IMG/VR virus record: IMGVR_UViG_3300027741_000070 | Location: 1 to 59,327 of that record | Source of the DNA: a virus | Taxonomy: Duplodnaviria > Caudoviricetes | Direction: 5' to 3' (one strand) | DNA: 59,327 bases | Part shown: positions 28,512 to 34,750 of the stretch, piece after piece | Layout of the letters: each line of letters begins with the position of its first letter | Position numbering within the stretch: the stretch's first letter is position 1 | The notes under the pieces: model-generated | Database searches by the model: none | Told to the model about the DNA's origin: nothing | Seen by the model: the letters and a program-made list of their open reading frames with translations, nothing else | Position numbers and translations under genes: made by a program

Positions 28512-28847
28512 TGTGAGATGCGGGTAAATGTGTATTACGGCCTCGATGCCTGTCGGGAGACACGCTGAAAGGGCAGGGCGGACGCTCTGACGTGACCGAA
28601 TATGCCGAATATCCCTGACCGCTTTGACCTGCACTTGAACGGTGCAGCGAGTGCGAATCCGTAAGGTACGGCAGGATGGTTTGTCCTGCAAAGCGTGTAC
28701 CTTCAAGCATACTGGCAACGGGGCGCTATATCCGCTGCAAGCATAGGCACACAGATGTCTAGGTAAGGGTAAGGATACCCTGCCCAAATAGCAGTATTCA
28801 GCAGGCAACGCTCTTTTGGAGCGTTGCATGATGCATACCGCATCACA
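28512..28847 (+). ncRNA. Large multi-stem structured leader RNA of unknown family
   Basis: Nested helices: GATGCGG/CCGCATC, TGCCTG/CAGGCA, GGGCAGGG/CCCTGCCC, TATGC/GCATA, CTGCAC/GTGCAG, AAGGTACG/TGTACCTT, GCAGGATG/TGTCCTGC, GCAACGCTC/GAGCGTTGC. Confidence 0.65.
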
Positions 28848-28862
28848 ACCGTGGAGACCACC

Positions 28863-30023
28863 ATGACTGAAATGACTATTGTTCAAGTATTGAACACGCT
28901 TACATTCAAGGAACTCGCTGCAATGCACAAGCATTACGGCGGCGGGTTCGACTTCTTTCGTGGCCCTTCGGGCCATCCCAATTGGGGCAAGTCTGCTGCA
29001 ATCGAGTACCTGATGCAGCGCCACACCCCACAATCCCTTCGGGATGTCGCTTTCACCGTAACGCAAAACACCCAACAACCCAAACCTGAACAAACGGAGA
29101 CCAAAACCATGACCACACCCGACCAACAAGCTGCTGTTCAGAATTTGCTGAATACCTTCGGTATCAGCACCGGCCCCGACGAGGCCCGCATCCGTGAGAT
29201 TGTGGCCGAAGCTATCGCTTCGGTTGAGCCGACCAAGGTTGAGTATCACGTCAAGCGCTTCGACGGTTCCACCGTCAAGGTTGACGGCCACGTCCGGCCT
29301 GAATTCAAAACCATCCTCCGTGACGCCGCGGCTGGCGTCAACATTCTGTTGGTCGGTCCTGCCGGTTGCGGTAAGACTCACATTGCAAAGCAATGTGCCG
29401 AGGCGCTTGACCGCCCCTTTGCATCGGTGTCCTGCACTGCCGGTATGAGCGAGGCGGCTTTCAAGGGCCGTTTGTTGCCGGTTGATAATGGTAATTTCCG
29501 CTACGTTCAATCGGACTTTGTCCGACTGTATCGGAATGGCGGCGTGTTTCTCATCGACGAAGCTGACGCTCTCGACGGTAACGTCGCTCTGACTCTTAAC
29601 AATGCTCTCGCTGGTAACGGATTCAATAATGACCTCATTATTGACGGCGACACTTTTGTGCCACGCCATCCAGACTTCGTCTGCATCGCCGCCGCCAACA
29701 CGTTCGGCACTGGTGCTAACGCTGTCTACGCTGGCCGTGAGCGCTTGGATGAGGCTTTTCTTGACCGATTCCGTGCTGGTCGAATCTCGCTGGATTATGA
29801 CCGTGAACTCGAACGGCAAGCCGTCGATGGCCGCTTGTTGAAGTGGGGCTGGGATGTTCGCAAGAACATCACCGACAACCGTATCCACAAGGTGTTGTCT
29901 ACTCGCTTCCTCATGGAGGCAACGAAGTTGCTAACCGTCGGCGCTACTCATAGCGAAATGGTTGACCGCTTCTTTGCCGACTGGAAGTCGGATGACCGCC
30001 AACGCGTTGACGTTGCCGTCTAA
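28863..30023 (+). CDS. CobS/MoxR-family AAA+ ATPase
   Basis: Walker A GPAGCGKT, Walker B FLIDEAD, HPDFVCIAAANT, RLDEAFLDRF; GGAG RBS before ATG 28863. Confidence 0.9.
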   Translation: MTEMTIVQVLNTLTFKELAAMHKHYGGGFDFFRGPSGHPNWGKSAAIEYLMQRHTPQSLRDVAFTVTQNTQQPKPEQTETKTMTTPDQQAAVQNLLNTFGISTGPDEARIREIVAEAIASVEPTKVEYHVKRFDGSTVKVDGHVRPEFKTILRDAAAGVNILLVGPAGCGKTHIAKQCAEALDRPFASVSCTAGMSEAAFKGRLLPVDNGNFRYVQSDFVRLYRNGGVFLIDEADALDGNVALTLNNALAGNGFNNDLIIDGDTFVPRHPDFVCIAAANTFGTGANAVYAGRERLDEAFLDRFRAGRISLDYDRELERQAVDGRLLKWGWDVRKNITDNRIHKVLSTRFLMEATKLLTVGATHSEMVDRFFADWKSDDRQRVDVAV

Positions 30024-30047
30024 TCCACAACAAACCGGAGGTTTACC

Positions 30048-30944
30048 ATGCAACATCGCTTCATTAAGACTGGCAAGGGCCGCTCGCTGGCCCGCTTCAG
30101 CACCGCCATGTTTGACTCGGTGCAAGACGGGCTGCGTTTCTACGAAACGATTTGTGCCGACGAGTCGCTGGCCCAGCGCGACATGATTGTTGGATTCAAC
30201 AACAAACACACGGCTGACTGGAGCGGCTGCGAATCGGCTGACCAGTTTGCCCACCGTGTCCGTCAGGGTTGGGTGGCTGGCGCTGACCGCCTGATGAAGC
30301 TGCCGGTTGGCGACATCTCGCCGGTGTCAATCAAGCGCCGCCGCTATCAGGGCGACCAAGGTGATGACCTCGATATCCATCGAGTGAATCGCGGCGAACT
30401 CGACACCGCTTGGACATATCACAAGCGTGATGTCAAGCGTGGCGCTGGCCGTCAGGTGACGGTTGTCTGCAACCTCGCAGCAAGCTGGCGCGTTACGGCA
30501 GAACAACTGTTCTGGCGTGGCGCTTCGGCCCTGCGTCTAGCCGAGGCTCTCGAATCGGCTGGCTACTCGGTGCGGATTGTTGCAGCGATGGCAGCGACTG
30601 GCATCGACAGTAAAGAAAATGTCGATAACGCCTACCTGTTCGAGGTTAAGTCTCTCGAACAACCGATTGATGTGGCTAATCTCGCGGCCATCCTTTGCCT
30701 GCCGGCTTACTTCCGAATCATTGGATTTGGCACGAAAGTATGGTCCTGCAACACCAACGACCTGACCGCAGACTACAGTCTCGGCCACACCTCGGATGAC
30801 CTCATCCCGAAGGCGATGGAAGAGTGGTATCCGAACGAGTACTACATCTCGCAACCTCGCACGCTTCTTTCAGAAGAAGCCGCCGCCGAATGGATTGCCC
30901 AGTCGGTTGATACCATCCAGAACCCGCAACAGCTTGCCGCGTAA
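30048..30944 (+). CDS. vWA-like partner of the MoxR/CobS ATPase
   Basis: GDDLDIHR...VTVVCNLAASW...LAEALESAGYSVRI; adjacent to the AAA+ gene as in MoxR-vWA pairs. Confidence 0.7.
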   Translation: MQHRFIKTGKGRSLARFSTAMFDSVQDGLRFYETICADESLAQRDMIVGFNNKHTADWSGCESADQFAHRVRQGWVAGADRLMKLPVGDISPVSIKRRRYQGDQGDDLDIHRVNRGELDTAWTYHKRDVKRGAGRQVTVVCNLAASWRVTAEQLFWRGASALRLAEALESAGYSVRIVAAMAATGIDSKENVDNAYLFEVKSLEQPIDVANLAAILCLPAYFRIIGFGTKVWSCNTNDLTADYSLGHTSDDLIPKAMEEWYPNEYYISQPRTLLSEEAAAEWIAQSVDTIQNPQQLAA

Positions 30945-30973
30945 GCGGCAGTTGTTGCATACAGGAGACCAGC

Positions 30974-31153
30974 ATGAGCCACGCATTCAATGATGCACAA
31001 CGCAACAAAGCGCGCCACATTCTTGAGATTTGTTTGTGTGATGTAGAGAGGGTGGAAAAGTTAGATGACCACAGCATCGACGTAATCTTGGAACTTTCCA
31101 GCATGACGGGTGTCAATGACTGGCTATTCCAGCAGGCCGTTAATCTTGAATAA
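30974..31153 (+). CDS. Early hypothetical protein (59 aa, not in ORF track)
   Basis: AGGAGACC RBS; MSHAFNDAQRNKARHILEI... Confidence 0.65.
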   Translation: MSHAFNDAQRNKARHILEICLCDVERVEKLDDHSIDVILELSSMTGVNDWLFQQAVNLE

Positions 31154-31167
31154 CAGGAGACCAACAA

Positions 31168-31419
31168 ATGAACACACTCGAACAACCCTTCGGCTGGGAA
31201 CAGTCGCAATGGGAAGCGCGTTACTGCTACAACCACAACACGCTGAACTATGACGGCAATCAGTTGCGGAATGTGCGAAGCATTATCGCTACTGCAAAAT
31301 CGTATAACGATTATTGCCTTGCCGACCCCGCCCAAGCAAACAAGTTTGCAAAACTTGTCCGTGATATTTCCCTTGAGAATCAACGCATTGCCAACAAACA
31401 GGAGAACAAAAATGTCTGA
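31168..31419 (+). CDS. Early hypothetical protein
   Basis: AGGAGACC RBS and open frame. Confidence 0.7.
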   Translation: MNTLEQPFGWEQSQWEARYCYNHNTLNYDGNQLRNVRSIIATAKSYNDYCLADPAQANKFAKLVRDISLENQRIANKQENKNV

Positions 31420-31687
31420 TTACAATTTCCCCGAATCGTATGATTCAACCGACGCTGGCCTTGCTGCCCGCCAGATTGCGGCGGCTTGGATTGAGGCCGT
31501 GCTTCGGGGTAATGCCCGAGACCTACATACAACATCGGGCTGGACCGATGCTCACCGCAATGCAGTAAAGGTAGAGCTTAAGAATTTGCAGGCTCGACTT
31601 GACCCGCAGGCTGGCGTTCTTAATCCCAACCCATTCGCCCCGCCCGAGGAACAGATTGTCAAGGGCTGGAGCGCGATAGATACCTAG
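31412..31687 (+). CDS. Early hypothetical protein (start MSDYNF)
   Basis: AGGAG RBS before ATG 31412. Confidence 0.7.
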   Translation: MSDYNFPESYDSTDAGLAARQIAAAWIEAVLRGNARDLHTTSGWTDAHRNAVKVELKNLQARLDPQAGVLNPNPFAPPEEQIVKGWSAIDT

Positions 31688-31734
31688 CCGTGGTATAAAA
31701 CCAATTCGCTTACCGTGCGGATTGGTCTCCACCA

Positions 31735-31801
31735 CGGTTTGTCGAAACGGCCTGCCTTGTGTGGGCCGTCTTACGGTAGCACCGTAACTGATGAGACACC
31801 G
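31735..31801 (+). ncRNA. Hammerhead ribozyme, type II
   Basis: Order: TGTC, GAAA, stem III CGGCCTGC/GTGGGCCG, TC, stem I TTACGGT/ACCGTAA, CTGATGA, GACA. Predicted cleavage after GTC at C31770. Confidence 0.9.
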
Positions 31802-31826
31802 CCGGTTCGCTACCGGCTTTTCTTTT
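31801..31826 (+). terminator. Rho-independent terminator-like hairpin directly after the hammerhead
   Basis: GCCGGT-TCGCT-ACCGGC followed by TTTTCTTTT. Confidence 0.7.
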
Positions 31827-31838
31827 AGGAGACCACAT

Positions 31839-32030
31839 ATGCAAGACGTTCACTTGGTTAAGATTTGGGAAGGCGGCGAATATATCAGCGCAGCATTTGT
31901 CAAAGAGTCTGACCGCGACCCAAGCATTCATACTGTTCTTGCAACGCTTTCACAAATTGAATTGGCAAGAAAACTTGCGGCAGAACTTACCGATATTGCA
32001 AACCAACTTGAGGAGACCGCAAATGTCTGA
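31839..32030 (+). CDS. Early hypothetical protein (start MQDVHL)
   Basis: AGGAGACC RBS. Confidence 0.7.
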   Translation: MQDVHLVKIWEGGEYISAAFVKESDRDPSIHTVLATLSQIELARKLAAELTDIANQLEETANV

Positions 32031-32427
32031 CATTCAAACCATTAGCACCATCGCCGCCGAGATGAGCAAGACTGTTGCCGAGGCTTGCGCCGCGATGACC
32101 GCCGCCGCTGAACAGTTTAAGGCGGCTGATACCCAACCCCCACCCGATGTTCTTGAGTCGATTCTGGCGCGTCTGGAAAAGCTGGAGAGCGCAGTTGAGG
32201 CTATTGATATGACTGTAGAGAAGATTGATTACGACGCCCTATCGGAATGCATCAACCTGTCTGACCTCGCGAATGAAATTGACCCTGCCTTGGTAGCAGA
32301 TTGGGTTGACCTTGAGGATGTCGCAAGAATGATTGACGAATCCGCCGTTGCGGAACACGTTCAGATTGACAATGTATTGAGAACGTCTATCGAAAAAATT
32401 GTTCGTGAAGTGTTGAGGGGTGTCTGA
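32023..32427 (+). CDS. Acidic early hypothetical protein
   Basis: GAGGAGACC RBS; C-terminal ID/VD-x-x-L-A helical repeats. Confidence 0.7.
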   Translation: MSDIQTISTIAAEMSKTVAEACAAMTAAAEQFKAADTQPPPDVLESILARLEKLESAVEAIDMTVEKIDYDALSECINLSDLANEIDPALVADWVDLEDVARMIDESAVAEHVQIDNVLRTSIEKIVREVLRGV

Positions 32428-32692
32428 TATGCGGGACAAGATGAAGATAACAATTTATCTGAACTTGTCCGCTTGGGATTGGGGCTTGTCTGTTGACAAG
32501 CCCCATCCCGAATCAGTAGCGCGACAAATCAATCTGGAAATATCTAGGGCAATCAACGAATCAACAAACTGGTTTGATGCCTTTGGCTTGGCAGAGAAAA
32601 CGCTGTTCAAGTTTGAACATTACGGAGCCAATGCGGCTGGCGCTCGCGCCGTGTTGGACAAAATCCTTACATACATTTACAGGGATGAGTGA
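32420..32692 (+). CDS. Early hypothetical protein
   Basis: Overlap-coupled ORF in the operon. Confidence 0.65.
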   Translation: MSDMRDKMKITIYLNLSAWDWGLSVDKPHPESVARQINLEISRAINESTNWFDAFGLAEKTLFKFEHYGANAAGARAVLDKILTYIYRDE

Positions 32693-32892
32693 TGAGAATT
32701 GTTTTCAGACAATCGGGCAATCCCAAACCTCAGTTTGAGATTGTGAAGGTTGATTACTTTGAGCCGCTCCCCGCCCGCATACAGTTCACTGCCGTTGGGT
32801 ACGAGGGAGTGCAGGAGATTCCATACAACAAGAAAAAAGAGTTGATGTGGATGGGCAAGACGTATGACTTTGTTGAAGTATTTGATAACTAA
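32689..32892 (+). CDS. Early hypothetical protein
   Basis: GTGA overlap with the previous ORF. Confidence 0.6.
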   Translation: MMRIVFRQSGNPKPQFEIVKVDYFEPLPARIQFTAVGYEGVQEIPYNKKKELMWMGKTYDFVEVFDN

Positions 32893-32901
32893 GAGGGCGA
32901 T

Positions 32902-33273
32902 ATGCAAGCATACTTTATTGATTCTGCAAACAAAACAATCACCGACGTTGAGTACGACGGTGACTACCGCAACATTTCCAAGATGCTTGGCTGCGATATG
33001 TTCACCGTTGTCAACCTTAACGAAGACGGTGATGCGCTGTTCGTTGATGACGAAGGTTATCTGAAAGACCAAGATAACCAGAATTATTTCTGGTTCGAGG
33101 GATACCCAACGATGCTGGCAGGCAACGGACTGGTACTCGGAACGGATGCAGAAGGAGAATCTATCGAACCATGCCGCCTGATTGATTGGGTGAAAGACCG
33201 CGTTCGCTTTCAAGAAAAGAACACCGCGCCTTTGTTTATCCCCGACCTTAACCCACAAATCTTTTCATTCTGA
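32902..33273 (+). CDS. DUF3846-like protein
   Basis: LFVDDEG...LAGNGLVLG.D.EGE pattern. Confidence 0.7.
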   Translation: MQAYFIDSANKTITDVEYDGDYRNISKMLGCDMFTVVNLNEDGDALFVDDEGYLKDQDNQNYFWFEGYPTMLAGNGLVLGTDAEGESIEPCRLIDWVKDRVRFQEKNTAPLFIPDLNPQIFSF

Positions 33274-33280
33274 GGGAATC

Positions 33281-33634
33281 ATGGAACAACAAATCAAAGA
33301 TGTCGAGACTATGCTTGATGAAGTACTTGAATCAATCAGGTCTCATCACGGCGAAGACTACGCAAAGTTCGTAGTCTTGATGACTAGCGTTGCACAAATG
33401 CAGGAGGCAGTAAGCTCGATTGTTTACGCCGCTCTCGATAAGGAAAACAGCGGGGCCAAGGATAAGTTTGTACAAATGAACTATGGAAAGTTCATGTCTT
33501 TAATTGCCTCCACTTGTTCGAACCTTGCACCCGACTATGGCCTAGAGGATGAGGACGAACTGGAGGGCGCATTGAAATGGGCCGCAAAGATTGTGGATAT
33601 GGCATCAGAGAAAATGGAAACGCCCTTGCAGTAA
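33281..33634 (+). CDS. Helical hypothetical protein (paralog of the next gene)
   Basis: GAGG RBS; similar to 33678-34046. Confidence 0.7.
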   Translation: MEQQIKDVETMLDEVLESIRSHHGEDYAKFVVLMTSVAQMQEAVSSIVYAALDKENSGAKDKFVQMNYGKFMSLIASTCSNLAPDYGLEDEDELEGALKWAAKIVDMASEKMETPLQ

Positions 33635-33639
33635 TCAAC

Positions 33640-33666
33640 GCGGCCTTCGGGCCGCTTAATTTTTTT
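33640..33666 (+). terminator. C(UUCG)G hairpin, terminator-like
   Basis: GCGGCC-TTCG-GGCCGC followed by TTAATTTTTTT. Confidence 0.6.
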
Positions 33667-33677
33667 GGAGACTACAA

Positions 33678-34046
33678 ATGAAAATGCCCAGCGAAGAACA
33701 AATCAAAGAAGTAAAGGAAAGCCTTGACGATATTCTTAATTCAATCGAGGTACACAAGGGCTTGGAATTTGCCATGTTTGTTCATGCAATGGTTTCATTA
33801 AAACAAATGTGCGAAGGTATTCATGTTCTTGGAAAGATATGCGAAAGGCATGAAGATAATTTTTCTGAAGAAGAAAAATTATTGGCGTCAACATTTTTGT
33901 CCATCGCTCCAGACATTTCTGTTGCCGCGTTTTCAAAGTTCGCTATTGCTGCCAAGTTTAACGATGAGCAAGCCAATGAAGTTATTGAATGGGCTGAAAG
34001 AATCGAGAGCCAAATGGATAAGGCGGCGCGAGCGCTGATGAACTGA
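33678..34046 (+). CDS. Helical hypothetical protein (paralog of the previous gene)
   Basis: GGAGAC RBS; similar to 33281-33634. Confidence 0.7.
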   Translation: MKMPSEEQIKEVKESLDDILNSIEVHKGLEFAMFVHAMVSLKQMCEGIHVLGKICERHEDNFSEEEKLLASTFLSIAPDISVAAFSKFAIAAKFNDEQANEVIEWAERIESQMDKAARALMN

Positions 34047-34073
34047 TGATAGTGACCTACAAAGGATACCCAT

Positions 34074-34196
34074 ATGTGCAAGCCAAGAAATTATTTCGTA
34101 GTCCACGCCCACCGCCGAAAGGCTGGGGCGCATGGCAAAACGCGCAAGGCGCAACGCGTAGCAGCTAAACGCGAACTTAAAAAGGAATACAAATGA
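34074..34196 (+). CDS. 40-aa basic peptide (not in ORF track)
   Basis: MCKPRNYFVVHAHRRKAGAHGKTRKAQRVAAKRELKKEYK; AAGGA RBS; ATGA overlap with the next ORF. Confidence 0.6.
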   Translation: MCKPRNYFVVHAHRRKAGAHGKTRKAQRVAAKRELKKEYK

Positions 34197-34396
34197 ACGA
34201 CAATTACAGGCGCAAAGACTTCTTTTCCCCGCGCTCAATGCGCGAGGCATTTGGTCGGGACAATTCTTTTGAGCCAGAAATCCGCTGTTGTTCCGAAATG
34301 TTTGGCGTTAAAAAGAAACGTAGGGCCATTGGCGCACCATTGCTTGCTGCGCTTTGTTTAATTGTTTGGGCGGTAATTACAAAGTTTGGACATTGA
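34193..34396 (+). CDS. Small protein with C-terminal transmembrane helix
   Basis: FSPRSMREAFG motif; hydrophobic IGAPLLAALCLIVWAVI. Confidence 0.65.
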   Translation: MNDNYRRKDFFSPRSMREAFGRDNSFEPEIRCCSEMFGVKKKRRAIGAPLLAALCLIVWAVITKFGH

Positions 34397-34417
34397 TGTT
34401 ATGATGCGCTGCACCAT
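34377..34417 (+). promoter_or_regulatory. Candidate sigma70 promoter with overlapping palindromic operator
   Basis: TTACAA-N17-TATGAT with TG extension; imperfect palindrome ATGATGCGCTGCACCAT at 34401-34417. Confidence 0.45.
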
Positions 34418-34433
34418 TTTTTAGGAGAGCATC

Positions 34434-34580
34434 ATGTTTAATTTCACTTCCGTCATCACCGAATGGTCGAAGATGTACCGCGACCTTTACAACAAAGCTC
34501 ATTCCGAGTTTGTTGAACATTGGACCAAGGCCGAGCAAAAGATTGAAGATTCTTTTAAGATTGTTTGGTGGAATAAGTAA
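34434..34580 (+). CDS. 48-aa helical protein (not in ORF track)
   Basis: TAGGAG RBS; MFNFTSVITEWSKMYRDLYNKAHSEFVEHWTKAEQKIEDSFKIVWWNK; stop abuts the hammerhead. Confidence 0.65.
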   Translation: MFNFTSVITEWSKMYRDLYNKAHSEFVEHWTKAEQKIEDSFKIVWWNK

Positions 34581-34633
34581 GTCCCTCTGAAGAGTCCTCA
34601 TTGGACGAAACCCGCTTCGTGCGGGTCAGGGAC
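34581..34633 (+). ncRNA. Hammerhead ribozyme, type I
   Basis: Stem I GTCCCT/AGGGAC, core CTGAAGA, stem II GTCC/GGAC, GAAA, stem III CCCGC/GCGGG, then TC. Predicted cleavage after C34627. Confidence 0.92.
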
Positions 34634-34750
34634 ACCCCAGCTACCTTCCGGTGCGGCTGGGGATAACATGGCAGCGCTTGCTGTAAGGCGCGAAAGCAAC
34701 ACATGGCGGGTGTACAACCGACCATGCGTCATGCAAGTAACGGAACCGGC

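Noticed and set aside
28512-28847. Group I/II intron, RNase P or tmRNA identity for the leader RNA
   Set aside because: I could not find P7/R-S elements, a domain V, GAGGAAAGUCC, or a tRNA-like end; left unassigned.
28353-29888. 511-aa minus-strand ORF
   Set aside because: Antisense shadow of the codon-biased AAA+ gene extended through the structured leader; no recognisable motifs or RBS.
34030-34060. Two further CTGATGA heptamers as hammerhead cores
   Set aside because: They lie at a gene end with no stem II-GAAA-stem III arrangement.
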